Part shown: one piece after another, positions 29,867 through 40,259 of the stretch
How the letters are laid out: each line of letters opens with the position of its first letter
How positions within the stretch are numbered: the stretch's first letter is position 1
Source of the DNA: Pirellulales bacterium
GTDB taxonomy: Bacteria; Planctomycetota; Planctomycetia; Pirellulales; JAICIG01
Direction: 5' to 3'
DNA length: 54,320 nt
Assembly (NCBI GenBank): GCA_040901675.1
Contig: JBBDYJ010000002.1
Span: 1 to 54,320 of the forward strand
Program-made: the position numbers and the translations under genes
Notes under the pieces: model-generated
What the model was told of the DNA's origin: nothing
What the model saw: only the letters and a program-made list of their open reading frames with translations
Database searches by the model: none

Positions 29867-30781
29867 ATGACCGTTCGAACCACCTCGCTCTGGCCGCCAT
29901 GCATCGCGGAAGTGCTGGGCACTTTTCTCCTGGTCTTCTTCGGCTGTGGGGCCGTACACACCGCTGTCCTCACCGGGGCGCAAACCGGGCTCTGGCAAGT
30001 GGCCATCGTCTGGGGCGTGGCCATCATGATCGCGATCTACACGATCGGCGCCTACAGCGGGGCGCACATCAACCCGGCCATCACGCTGTCGCTGGCGGTG
30101 TGGAAAAGATTCTCCTGGTCGCTCGTCGCCCCCTACATCCTCGCCCAGCTTGCCGGCGCCTTCCTGGCCGCCGCCGCCCTGTACGCCTTATGGCATCCGC
30201 ACCTGGCGGCCATGGAACAGGCAAAGCAGGTGATCCGCGGCCAGCCCGGCAGCGAGATCACCGCCATGTGCTATGGCGAGTACTTTCCGAATCCGGGCCC
30301 CGCCGGAGCCAGTCCGGGCCCCTACAGCGCCACGGACCATGCCCACTTGAAGACGCTGGTCAGCGAGCCGGCCGCCTTCGCCGCCGAGGTGCTCGGCACG
30401 TTGATCCTGGCCTTCGTCGTGTTCAGCGTCACCGACGCCCGCAACCTGGTGGCCCCGGCCGGGCGGTTGGCGCCGGTGTTCATCGGCCTCACCGTGGCCA
30501 TCTTGATTTCGATCATCGCGCCCTTGACCCAGGCCTGTTTCAACCCGGCCCGCGATTTCGGCCCCCGCCTGTTCGCCTACCTGGCCGGCTGGCGCTCGAT
30601 CGCCATCCCCGGGCCCAACCCCACCGGCTTCCTCACCGTCTATATCATCGCGCCTTGCTTGGGGGCCGTGCTGGGCGGCGGCCTGCACGCGCGAGTGCTG
30701 GCTCCGATGCTGCCGCTGCCGGCCGAACCGCTGCCAGCCGAACCGCTGCCGGCCGAACCGCTGGAAGCAGGTCTCGAATGA
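29867..30781 (+). CDS. MIP family channel, aquaglyceroporin type
   Basis: SGAHINPA and NPARDFGPR. Confidence 0.92.
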   Translation: MTVRTTSLWPPCIAEVLGTFLLVFFGCGAVHTAVLTGAQTGLWQVAIVWGVAIMIAIYTIGAYSGAHINPAITLSLAVWKRFSWSLVAPYILAQLAGAFLAAAALYALWHPHLAAMEQAKQVIRGQPGSEITAMCYGEYFPNPGPAGASPGPYSATDHAHLKTLVSEPAAFAAEVLGTLILAFVVFSVTDARNLVAPAGRLAPVFIGLTVAILISIIAPLTQACFNPARDFGPRLFAYLAGWRSIAIPGPNPTGFLTVYIIAPCLGAVLGGGLHARVLAPMLPLPAEPLPAEPLPAEPLEAGLE

Positions 30782-31962
30782 ACGCCATCGCCATGCGATC
30801 GACCGTGCTGGTATTCATGCTGCTCGCCTGGGCCGCTTGCCGCGCCGCCGCCGAGCCGCCGGTTGCCGAAGAATCTCTACGGCTCGAGGTGGACCTGCCC
30901 TACCAGGCCCGGCGCTCGGAGCCGGTGAGCTACCACGTCGACTTTTCGGCCGTGGTGACGCCCCCCTACGGCACGAAGCTGCTCAAGGTCTGGCTGCCGT
31001 TGCCCCCATCAGACGGCGTGCAAGTCGTGTCGGACAGCAAGCTCACCAGCTTCCCGGTCGAAGTGCCTGCTCGAATCGGCAAGGAAACGACCTTCGGCAA
31101 CCGCTTCGCCTACTTCGAGTTTCACAATCCCAAGGGAGCGCAGATCATCCGTCACCAGTTCCAAGCCCGCGTCTGGGAGCTGCGATGGAACGTCGAGCCG
31201 GACAAGATCGTTGCCGTCGAGCGCTGGCCCGCCCAGTTCGACCCCTACCTGCGCGGCGACCGGGCCGTGGTCGTCGACGAGCGCTTCAGCAAGCTGCTCG
31301 AGCGGGTCCTCGCCGGGCGGCCCGACGAGCTGCACCCGCTGGCCGCCATCATGGCCTGGACCAACGGCCACATGACCTACGACCACGCTCGCGCCTCGCT
31401 CTCGGCCAGCTCCGAGCACGCCCTGGAGCAGCAGCGGGGGCACTGCAGCGACTACCACGGCCTCTGCGCCGCCATGGGCCGTGCCTTGGGTTACCCCACG
31501 CGAGTCACCTACGGGACGCACCTGTTCCCCAAGAACTCCCCTTCGCATTGCAAGCTGGAAGCCTTCCTGCCGCCCTACGGCTGGGTGAGCTTCGACGTTT
31601 CCGAAACGCAGAGGCTGGCGGCCGCCATCGAGGACGGCGTCCCGCTCGAGCAGGCCCGACGGCGGCTGGTGCGGGCCGCCAACCAGCGGCTCTACAGCGG
31701 CTTTCGCGACAACACCTGGTTGCTGTTGACCAAGGGGACCGACTACGATCTGGATCCACCGGCCGCCCAGCGCGTCGCCGTCGTGCGCACGATCCATGCC
31801 GAGGCGGACGGCGTGGCGCTGCCCGAGCCCGACCCGGCCAATCCCGACCAGCGCGAGTTCGCCTGGATGACCGTGCACAAGTTCACGCCCGATCGCCCCG
31901 TAAAATACCCGTTCCAAGATTGGCAGGACCTCGTCGACGATGCCAACGACAACGCCGACTAG
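30778..31962 (+). CDS. Transglutaminase-like domain protein
   Basis: GHCSDYH, HCKLEAFLP..GWVSFD (Cys-His-Asp). Confidence 0.85.
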   Translation: MNAIAMRSTVLVFMLLAWAACRAAAEPPVAEESLRLEVDLPYQARRSEPVSYHVDFSAVVTPPYGTKLLKVWLPLPPSDGVQVVSDSKLTSFPVEVPARIGKETTFGNRFAYFEFHNPKGAQIIRHQFQARVWELRWNVEPDKIVAVERWPAQFDPYLRGDRAVVVDERFSKLLERVLAGRPDELHPLAAIMAWTNGHMTYDHARASLSASSEHALEQQRGHCSDYHGLCAAMGRALGYPTRVTYGTHLFPKNSPSHCKLEAFLPPYGWVSFDVSETQRLAAAIEDGVPLEQARRRLVRAANQRLYSGFRDNTWLLLTKGTDYDLDPPAAQRVAVVRTIHAEADGVALPEPDPANPDQREFAWMTVHKFTPDRPVKYPFQDWQDLVDDANDNAD

Positions 31963-32014
31963 CCAAGAACCAAGCACCAAGACCCAAGAACTAAGTACCA
32001 AGTACCAAGATCCA

Positions 32015-33118
32015 ATGCAGCGTCTCCGATTTGTAATGCTGGGTGGATTTCTCGGCGCCGGCAAGACCACCACGCTCGCCCGCCTGGCCCGCTACTACAC
32101 CGACCGCGGCCAGCGGGTAGCGCTGGTCACCAACGACCAGGCCCAGAACCTCGTCGACACCGGCAACCTGCGGGCCCAGGGCTTTTCCGTCGAGGAAGTG
32201 GCCGGCGCCTGCTTCTGCTGCCGCTTCAACGAGCTGGTCGGCAAGGTCCAGGACCTCGCCGCCGCCGAGCGCCCCGACCTCGTCCTGGCCGAGCCGGTCG
32301 GCAGTTGCACCGACCTGGTGGCCACGGTGATCCAGCCGCTCAAGGCGCTCTACGGCCGGCAATTCCAGGTCGCCCCCTATGCCGTGCTCTTCAAGCCCAG
32401 CCACGGCCTGCGGATCCTGCGCGACGAGCCATCGGCCGGCTTTTCGCCCAAGGCCGCCTACATCTTCAAAAAGCAGCTCGACGAGGCCGACGCGATCGTC
32501 GTCAACCGCCTCGACGAGCTTGCGCCGGCCCAGCTCGACGAGTTGGTGTCGCTGGTCGGCTCGCACTATCCCTCCACGCCGCTGCTCCGCATGTCGGCCC
32601 GCACCGGCCAGGGACTCGCGCAACTCGTCGAGTTCCTGGAGCTGGAAGGGAGTTTCGGCAACAAGATCCTCGACATCGACTACGACGTCTATGCCGAGGG
32701 AGAGGCCGAGCTCGGTTGGCTGAACACCAGCCTGCGCATCGAGGCCCAAAAGCCCTTCGCCCTCGACGAGCTGTTGCTGGCGGTGCTCGAGCGGCTGCGC
32801 GATTCGCTGGCCGCCGCGGACGGCGAGGTCGCCCACTTGAAGCTGATTGGCCTGGGCGACACTTCGTTCGGCGTGGCCAACCTGGTCAGCACGCTCTCCG
32901 AGCCCGAGCTGTCCGTCGCCTCGCAAGCCCGCCTCGAGGCGGCCGACCTGGTCGTGAACGCCCGCGTGGCGATCGACCCCACCTTGCTGGAGCAGCAGGT
33001 CCGCCAGGCCGTCGAGGCCACGTGCCACGCCTACCAGGCCAGTGCCCGATTCGGCGAAACGCAGAGTCTGCGTCCCGGCCGTCCCGTGCCGACGCATCGC
33101 TACGCGACCGCCCAATGA
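32015..33118 (+). CDS. CobW/G3E family metallochaperone GTPase
   Basis: GGFLGAGKTT, ACFCC, EPVGSC. Confidence 0.88.
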   Translation: MQRLRFVMLGGFLGAGKTTTLARLARYYTDRGQRVALVTNDQAQNLVDTGNLRAQGFSVEEVAGACFCCRFNELVGKVQDLAAAERPDLVLAEPVGSCTDLVATVIQPLKALYGRQFQVAPYAVLFKPSHGLRILRDEPSAGFSPKAAYIFKKQLDEADAIVVNRLDELAPAQLDELVSLVGSHYPSTPLLRMSARTGQGLAQLVEFLELEGSFGNKILDIDYDVYAEGEAELGWLNTSLRIEAQKPFALDELLLAVLERLRDSLAAADGEVAHLKLIGLGDTSFGVANLVSTLSEPELSVASQARLEAADLVVNARVAIDPTLLEQQVRQAVEATCHAYQASARFGETQSLRPGRPVPTHRYATAQ

Positions 33119-33135
33119 CCAATGACAAATGACCA

Positions 33136-33963
33136 ATGACAAATGACCAATCCCCGCCGCCTCAACCGCGCTGGTCCGCCTCCGGCGGACTGGCGGCCAT
33201 CGATCGCCGCGTGGCGGGCGTCCTGGTCGAAAAAGCCAAGACCACGCCCGATGCCTACCCCATGTCGATCAACGCCATTTGCACCGGCGCCAACCAGAAG
33301 AACAACCGCGATCCGGTCATGCAGATCGAGCCCGACGACGTCGAGGAGTCGCTCGACCGCCTGCGGGCCCTCGGCGCCGTCGCCGTCATCGAAGGCAGCG
33401 GCCGCGTCTCGAAGTACCGGCACTATCTCTACGACTGGCTGGGCGTCGACAAGGTCGAGCTGGCCGTGATGGCGGAGTTGCTCTTGCGCGGCCCACAGAC
33501 CGAGGGCGAGCTGCGCGGCCGGGCCGCCCGCATGGAGCCGATCGCCGACCTGACCGCCTTGCGTCCCGTGCTCGCCTCGCTCAAGGCCAAGGGCCTGGTG
33601 ATCCCCCTCACTCCCGAAGGACGCGGCCACGTGGTGACGCATGCCCTCTATCCGCCGGCCGAGCTGGAGCGTCTGCGGGCCCAGCGCGCCGGCGGTGCTG
33701 CGCCGCTGGCCGAAACGCCGCTTAGTCCCCAACCGGCAGCCTCGATCGAGCGGACCGCGACCCCACTCCAACCGCTTCCGGCCGCCGCCGCCGTGCCCAG
33801 CCCTGTCGAGCGGCCCGCTTCAATCGAAGTCGAGCGCATCCAGGCCGAGTTGCGCGACCTGCGCGGCGAGCTTGGCCGATTGCAGCAGGAGCTCTCCGAC
33901 TTATCCGGCGAGTTTCGCAATCGCATGTCGGATCTCGACCGTCTCCGCCAGGCCCTCGGCTGA
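33136..33963 (+). CDS. DUF480 (YceH-like) protein
   Basis: LVEK..TTPDAYPMS.N....NQK.NRDPVM, LLLRGPQT.GELR. Confidence 0.9.
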   Translation: MTNDQSPPPQPRWSASGGLAAIDRRVAGVLVEKAKTTPDAYPMSINAICTGANQKNNRDPVMQIEPDDVEESLDRLRALGAVAVIEGSGRVSKYRHYLYDWLGVDKVELAVMAELLLRGPQTEGELRGRAARMEPIADLTALRPVLASLKAKGLVIPLTPEGRGHVVTHALYPPAELERLRAQRAGGAAPLAETPLSPQPAASIERTATPLQPLPAAAAVPSPVERPASIEVERIQAELRDLRGELGRLQQELSDLSGEFRNRMSDLDRLRQALG

Positions 33964-34223
33964 GAAGAGAGAAGGGGGGAAGGCTGATAAGAGAGAAGGG
34001 GGGAAGGTGGGAGCGGGCGAAGGGGGGATCGGAACGACGACGACAAGGCGACAAGGCGACAAGACGACAAGGCGACAAGGCGACAAGGCGAGCAGCAAAA
34101 GCGAAGGAGGGAAGGGGCGAGCGGGGGAAGGGGGGATCGGAACGAAGGCGGAAGGAGGAAGGCAGAAGGTCCGCCGGAGGCGGACTTGCAGCTCAGGCAG
34201 AAGGATGAACGTTCACCGACCAC

Positions 34224-34389
34224 TGACAAATGACCAATGACCAATGACCAATGACCAATGACCAATGACAAATGACCAATGACCAATGACAAATGACCAA
34301 TGACAAATGACCAATGACAAATGACCAATGACCAATGACCAATGACCAATGACCAATGACAAATGACCAATGACCAATGACAAATGACC
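34224..34389 (+). repeat. Heptamer tandem repeat ATGAC(C/A)A, about 23 copies; also at 33114, 41914 and reverse 41044
   Basis: Directly visible. Confidence 0.95.
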
Positions 34390-34401
34390 CCTGCCCACTC
34401 C

Positions 34402-35871
34402 TCACAGCATCAGCGTCAGCATCAGCACGACGAGCACGACGATCACCGCGCTGATCACGGCCGCCGTGCTCAGTTGGCTCGATTGGCGGGCTGGTAGCCG
34501 CTGCGTCAGCGACTCCTCACCAAGGACCAGGTCGCCCAGCGTCGGCAGGTCGCCCGTGGGCGTCTCGCCCGAGTCCGAGTCACTCCGCGCGCTGGTGCTC
34601 AGCCGGCTCAAAAACTCGTTCAAGCCACTGTCGGCATCCGCGGGAACAACGTCCGACCCGCTCCCCATCGCTGCACTCAAAGGGCCGGCGGCCGCCCCAC
34701 CCGCGTCGCTGCCGCCGCTCGCCGTCCCGCCGACGACGCTCGCCGTCGCACTGCCGGGGCTCGCCGTGCCGCCCCCGACGGGCGCCGGCATCGAGAACAC
34801 ACTCGAGCCGGGCGGCTCCGGGGCCAGGCCGCCCGCGAACGGCGCCAAAGCCGTGGCCACCTCGGCCGGCGTCTGAAAGCGGTCCTCCGGCTTGCGGGCC
34901 AGCATCTTCGCCACCACGGCGTCGAGCTCGGCCGGGATCTCCGGCCGCAGGCTGATGGCGGCCGGCGCCTGCGAGTTCACGCGGGCCAGCAGCTTGGCCA
35001 TCAGGCTGCTGCCCGGAAAGGGAAGCTGCCCGGTGAGCGCCTGGAACAGCGTGCACCCCAGGCTGAAGATGTCGGCCCGGCCGTCGGCGCTGTGAACGTC
35101 TTCGGCCTGCTCCGGCGCGATGTAGTCGGGCGTGCCCACGATCTGCCCGCTTTGCGTCAGTCCCCCCTCCTCCTCGACGCTGGTGGCAAACCGGGCCAGC
35201 CCCACGTCGAGGATCTTGATCGTCGGACCCCGGCCCGCGGTGCCCGAAAGAACCAGCAGGTTGCTCGGCTTGATGTCGCGGTGTATCAGGCCTCGTTCGT
35301 GGGCGTGCTGAATGCCCAGCGCCGCCTGCCGGATGCACTCGCACGTCCAGGCGATCGGCAGCGCGCCGGACTGCTTGATCCAGCGGCCCAGGTCGCGCCC
35401 CTGGACGTACTCCATCACCAGGAAGTGCGTGTCGTCCACGCAGTCGGCGTCGTGCGCGGTGACGATGTTCGGATGGTTCAGCGAGGCCGCCAACTGCACC
35501 TCGCGGCGAAAGCGGGCCACGCTGGTCCGGTCTTTCAGCAGCTTGCGGGCCATGACCTTCAAGGCCACGGTCCGCCCCATCAGCGCGTGCTGGGCCCTGT
35601 ACACCGACCCCATCCCCCCCTTGCCGATGCGGTCGACCAGCTTGTACTTGCCCAGGTAAAAGCTGGGCCGGCCGGCCAGCAACTGCTCGGCCTGCCAGCG
35701 GGTCAGCAGGCCGCGGCGGATCAGGCTGATGGCCAGGTTCTGCAACTGGGCATCGCCGCCGGCCTGTTCCAGCTCTTGCTGCTCGCGGCGGACGCCGGCC
35801 AGTTGCTGCTCGCTGAGCAGGTTGCTCTTTTCCAGGGCGGTGACAAACTGTTCCGGCGATGCGATCGCCAT
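34402..35871 (-). CDS. Hanks-type Ser/Thr protein kinase with C-terminal TM
   Basis: GKGGMG, VALK, HRDIKPSN, DVG, GTPDYIAPE. Confidence 0.95.
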   Translation of the reverse strand: MAIASPEQFVTALEKSNLLSEQQLAGVRREQQELEQAGGDAQLQNLAISLIRRGLLTRWQAEQLLAGRPSFYLGKYKLVDRIGKGGMGSVYRAQHALMGRTVALKVMARKLLKDRTSVARFRREVQLAASLNHPNIVTAHDADCVDDTHFLVMEYVQGRDLGRWIKQSGALPIAWTCECIRQAALGIQHAHERGLIHRDIKPSNLLVLSGTAGRGPTIKILDVGLARFATSVEEEGGLTQSGQIVGTPDYIAPEQAEDVHSADGRADIFSLGCTLFQALTGQLPFPGSSLMAKLLARVNSQAPAAISLRPEIPAELDAVVAKMLARKPEDRFQTPAEVATALAPFAGGLAPEPPGSSVFSMPAPVGGGTASPGSATASVVGGTASGGSDAGGAAAGPLSAAMGSGSDVVPADADSGLNEFLSRLSTSARSDSDSGETPTGDLPTLGDLVLGEESLTQRLPARQSSQLSTAAVISAVIVVLVVLMLTLML

Positions 35872-36559
35872 GGTCAGCCCGAATGGGAAACTTTGAATCA
35901 AAAAGACAGGACGGCCCGGCCCCCCAGACTGCTGGATTATGGCAACAACCAACAAGCGAAACAAGCGCCAGGCCGTAGGGAAGGGGGGAAGGGGGGAGCG
36001 GGCGACGAGCGTCGTCGGGTGGCTGGCGGCAAAGCGGACTTCGGCGAGCTCAGTCGAGTCGTAGCGTGCCCCAGGGTGGTTCGTAGTGACCCCATTTATG
36101 GGGTCGATCCCGGGGTCTATCCCCTCTTCGTGCCTTGTTACGCCGTAGCAGGACTCGCCAGAGTTCTGGCCGTGCTGCCCCTGGCCCGTGTCCCCGTGTC
36201 CCCTTGTCGCCTTGTCGCCTTGTCCCCTTGTCGATTCCTCCTTCCTCCTTCCTCCTTCCTCCCTCTGCCTTCCTCCTTCCTCCTTTCCGATTACACCGGT
36301 TGTATCGCAAATTCCTGATGTTCCGGCGCTCGCAGGGTCGATACGGACTATGTACGATGCCACTAATTGCTAGTGTTTGCCCGTTCGTCAGGGACGGCCG
36401 GGCCCACCGCCGGCCCACCCCGACCCCCGACCGTGCTGCAAGTCCGCCGCAGGCGGAACCGTGCCGCAGGTCCGCCGCAGGCGGATGCTGCAACTCCGCC
36501 TCCGGCGGAACCAATGACGAATGACCAATGACAAATGACTCCTGATCAAGGAACGCGTC

Positions 36560-38905
36560 ATGCCGTTCGATGCCATCTTCCGGGCCCTGGGTGAACTGAC
36601 CACCTCCGACGGGGGCCGCCGCCGCAACGGCCGCCAGGCCCGCGCCCCGCTGGGTCTCGAAGACCTCGAAGACCGCCGGCTGCTGGCGGCCACGCTGGTC
36701 AAGGACATCAACTCCGGCGCGCCCGACTCGACCCCCGCCTTCTTCGCCGAGCTTGCCGGCGAAACGTTCTTCGCGGCCGACAACGGGACCGACGGCGTCG
36801 AGCTCTGGAAGAGCGACGGCAACGGCCCCGGCACCGTCCTGGTCAAGGACATCCAGCCCGGCACGACGGTCATCGGCGGAGTGACCGTGCCGTTGAGCTC
36901 CAACCCGGCCAACCTGACGACCGTCGGCGGCACCGTGTTCTTCACCGCCGACGACGGCACCAACGGCGTCGAGCTCTGGAAGACCGACGGCACCACGGCC
37001 GGCACCGTGCTGGTCAAGAACATCCGCACCGGCGCGGACGGCTCGAACCCGACGCAACTGGTCGACGTGGGCGGCACGCTCTACTTTGTCGCCGAAGAGA
37101 CGGCCGGCGACCTCGAACTGTGGAAGAGCGACGGCACGGCCGGCGGCACGGTCCGCGTCGAGGATATCCGCCCCGGCGCGGCCGGCTCGAACCCCACCGG
37201 ACTGACCAACGTCGGCGGCACGCTGTTCTTCGCGGCCGACGACGGCACCAACGGCGCCGAGCTCTGGACCAGCGACGGCACGCTGGCCGGAACCAACATC
37301 GTCACCAACATCTTCGCCGGCGCCGGCGGATCGAATCCCACCAGCCTGACCAACGTCGGCGGTACCCTCTTCTTCGCCGCCAACGACGGCGTGGCCGGCA
37401 ACGAGCTCTGGAAGAGCGACGGCACCGCCGCCGGCACCGTGCTGGTCAGCAACGTGCGCCCCGGCCTGGCCAGCTCGAACCCCGCCAACCTGGTCGACGT
37501 GGGCGGCACGCTCTTCTTTGCCGCCGACGACGGCACCAACGGCGTCGAGCTCTGGAAGTCGGCCGGCACCGCGGCCACCACCACCCTGGTCAAGGACATC
37601 AACCCCAACGGCAGCGACAGCTCGAACCCGGCGGGCCTGACCAACGTCGACGGCAGATTGTTCTTCAGGGCCAACGACGGCACCAACGGCAACGAGCTCT
37701 GGACCAGCGACGGCACCACCGCCGGCACCGTGCTGGTCTTGGACATCAAGCCGGGCGCGCTCGGCTCGACCCCCGCTTCGCTGATCAACGGCAACGGCAC
37801 GCTCTTCTTCACCGCCGACGACGGCACCAACGGCGCCGAGCTCTGGCAGAGCGACGGCACGCCCGGCGGCACCCTGCTGGTCACCGACATCCGGCCCGGA
37901 GCCGAGGGCTCGCTGCCGGACGGCCTGTTCGCGGTGGGCCGCACCTTGTTCTTCCGGGCCGACGACGGCACCAACGGCACGGAGCTGTGGAAGGCCGACC
38001 TGCCCAACGCCAAGCCGATCGCCAACGCAGACAGTTTCACGTTCACGCCGGGCGTGGCCCTGGTGGTGGCTGCGCCGGGCGTGCTGGCCAACGACACCGA
38101 CGCCGAGGGCAGCCCGCTCACGGCCGTGCTGGTCACCGGCCCGGCGAACGGCGTGCTGGCGCTCAATGCCGACGGTTCGTTCAGTTACACGCCGAACGCC
38201 GGCTTCCGCGGCAGCGACAGCTTCACCTACCAGGCCCACGACGGCACGGACGCCAGCGCGCAGGCCGCCGAGGTGACGTTGTCGAGCCAGGATTTCGGTT
38301 TCATCGAGCGGCTCTATATCGACCTGTTGGGCCGCACGGCCGCCCAGGTCAGCGACGCCGAGGTGACGTTCTGGATCGGCCAGCTTGCCGGCGGCGCGAC
38401 GCGGGTGCAGGTGGTGCAGGCCTTCCAAGGCTCGACCGAGTACCGCATCAACCTGATCGACGGTTTCTACCAGGACTACCTGGGCCGCCCGGCCGACCCC
38501 GGCGCCTTGAGCTTCTTCGAGTTCCAGCTTTCGCAGGGTCTTCCGATCGAGGCATTGCAAGCGATCCTCCTGGCTTCCAACGAGTACTTCCTGAACGCGG
38601 GAACTGACGCCTTGTTCGTCGAGAGTCTGTACGACGACCTGTTGGGCCGCACGGCCTCGGTGCAGGAGACCGGTTTCTGGCGTCAGCAGTTATTCAGCGG
38701 CGTGTCGCGGTTCAGCGTCGCCAGCGCCTTCCTGGCGACCAACGAGTATCGTGTCCGGCTGGTGAACCAGCTTTATCAGGACCTGCTCGCGCGTCCCGTC
38801 GACGCGGGCGCCTTGAGTTTCTGGCTTGCCCAGATGCAGCTCGGCCTCAGCCGTCAGACCCTCCAGCTCGTGCTAGCCGCCAGCGACGAGTACTTCCTGT
38901 TGTAG
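36560..38905 (+). CDS. ELWxxDGT-repeat surface protein with Ig-like and DUF4214-like domains
   Basis: LEDLEDRRLLA, about 9 ELW repeats, VLANDTD..GSFSYTP, C-terminal LY.DLLGR repeats. Confidence 0.88.
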   Translation: MPFDAIFRALGELTTSDGGRRRNGRQARAPLGLEDLEDRRLLAATLVKDINSGAPDSTPAFFAELAGETFFAADNGTDGVELWKSDGNGPGTVLVKDIQPGTTVIGGVTVPLSSNPANLTTVGGTVFFTADDGTNGVELWKTDGTTAGTVLVKNIRTGADGSNPTQLVDVGGTLYFVAEETAGDLELWKSDGTAGGTVRVEDIRPGAAGSNPTGLTNVGGTLFFAADDGTNGAELWTSDGTLAGTNIVTNIFAGAGGSNPTSLTNVGGTLFFAANDGVAGNELWKSDGTAAGTVLVSNVRPGLASSNPANLVDVGGTLFFAADDGTNGVELWKSAGTAATTTLVKDINPNGSDSSNPAGLTNVDGRLFFRANDGTNGNELWTSDGTTAGTVLVLDIKPGALGSTPASLINGNGTLFFTADDGTNGAELWQSDGTPGGTLLVTDIRPGAEGSLPDGLFAVGRTLFFRADDGTNGTELWKADLPNAKPIANADSFTFTPGVALVVAAPGVLANDTDAEGSPLTAVLVTGPANGVLALNADGSFSYTPNAGFRGSDSFTYQAHDGTDASAQAAEVTLSSQDFGFIERLYIDLLGRTAAQVSDAEVTFWIGQLAGGATRVQVVQAFQGSTEYRINLIDGFYQDYLGRPADPGALSFFEFQLSQGLPIEALQAILLASNEYFLNAGTDALFVESLYDDLLGRTASVQETGFWRQQLFSGVSRFSVASAFLATNEYRVRLVNQLYQDLLARPVDAGALSFWLAQMQLGLSRQTLQLVLAASDEYFLL

Positions 38906-39104
38906 GCAGGAGTGGTCGGTGGCCGGTGGTCAGTGGCCGGTGATCAGTGGCCGGTGGTCGGTGGTCAGTAGCCGGATTCGCCAGAATTCGGGCTGTATGG
39001 CCGTGATGTGGTCCACTCGCTCCGCGAGTGGTGCCGATTCCCCCCTTCCCCCCTTCCCCCCTTCCCCTCATCCTCCTGCTGCCTTCTGCCTTCTGCCTGC
39101 CGCC

Positions 39105-40259
39105 TCACTCCTCCTGCGGCGCCTTCGGCAGCGCGAGCCAGTCGATCGCGACTTCGCCCGGCCCGCGGTCGGTGGGGTCGGCCGCCACGACCAGGATCGA
39201 CAATCCTTCGGCCGTCTTGTTGGCGTAGCCGACGATCCACCGCGAACGGTTTTGCAATTGCGGCGTAAGGCTCACGATATACTCGTCGTGAGCCATCGGC
39301 CGCTCGAAGCGGACCTGCGTCGCCCGGCCCACGGCGGCCATGACCGAGCCCGCCTGGTAATCCGTGCCCGGGCCCATGCGGCCTCGCTCGCCCTGGTCGC
39401 CTTCGTCTCCCTTGTCGCCTTTCGGCCCTCGTGGGCCCGGATCTCCCTCGTCGCCCTTGTCTCCCTCGTCGCCCTTGGCCCCGCGCGGGCCGCGATCGCC
39501 CTTGGGTCCCGGCGGCCCGGCGGTGGCCAGCTCGAACAGCGGCGCCAGGTCGACATATTTGACGGCCTCGAGGCTGACCAGGAAGTAGTGCTTTTGGCCC
39601 GCGACCTCCCCCCACAAGATCTTGCCGTCGGCCTGGTAGAGCAATGTGGCGCCATGGACCAGCACCTTCGACTCCGTTTTTACCATCGGCGGCCAGATGG
39701 GCCAGGTGAGCTGGCTGCGGCCGGGAGTGATCAGGACCTCCAAGTCGGCTCCCTCCGGCTGAAAGGCATCGAGGTTGATGACGCGAGTTTCCAGGTCCGC
39801 CTTGCCGGTGATGGTGAACTTGCGGTTCGGATCCCCCGCCAGCCTTGCCTGGGCGCCGATCGGGACGCTGATGCCGCCGGGCAGTGAGCCGACCGAGGAC
39901 GTGCCGGCGCCGAGATCGATGCGGTAGTCTGCCGTGCCCTCGCCCGCGACCGTTCCGCCCGGGAACACCTCAAAGAACGCCTCGCCTGCCAGCGAGCTGC
40001 CGATATCGAGCGAGATGTTGCCCAGGGCCGCTCCGCCGCCGCCCGCCCCCCGGCTGCTGGGGTTCGTTCCTTCGACCATCGCGTACGTGACATCCATCTT
40101 GGTGATGGTCCACTTTCCCACCGGGCTGAAGGCCCTCCTGATCCGCTCGCGGACTTCATCCTGGTTGCCCGGCTGGGCCCAAGCGCTGCCGGCCGCCGAG
40201 AGCGCCAAAGCAAACAAAACCGCGCCAACGGCCCACGCACGCAAATTGAGCGATCGCAT
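39105..40259 (-). CDS. Secreted collagen-like repeat protein
   Basis: AGGAGGT RBS, signal peptide, about 17 Gly-X-Y triplets, small C-terminal beta-rich domain. Confidence 0.75.
   Translation of the reverse strand: MRSLNLRAWAVGAVLFALALSAAGSAWAQPGNQDEVRERIRRAFSPVGKWTITKMDVTYAMVEGTNPSSRGAGGGGAALGNISLDIGSSLAGEAFFEVFPGGTVAGEGTADYRIDLGAGTSSVGSLPGGISVPIGAQARLAGDPNRKFTITGKADLETRVINLDAFQPEGADLEVLITPGRSQLTWPIWPPMVKTESKVLVHGATLLYQADGKILWGEVAGQKHYFLVSLEAVKYVDLAPLFELATAGPPGPKGDRGPRGAKGDEGDKGDEGDPGPRGPKGDKGDEGDQGERGRMGPGTDYQAGSVMAAVGRATQVRFERPMAHDEYIVSLTPQLQNRSRWIVGYANKTAEGLSILVVAADPTDRGPGEVAIDWLALPKAPQEE

Noticed and set aside
34193..34405. LVIGHWS-type repetitive ORFs
   Set aside because: Translations of heptamer tracts
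36050..38560. Long antisense and alternative-frame ORFs (also 22512-24731, 15167-17191, 17574-19310)
   Set aside because: Shadow ORFs of real high-GC genes with no recognisable motifs
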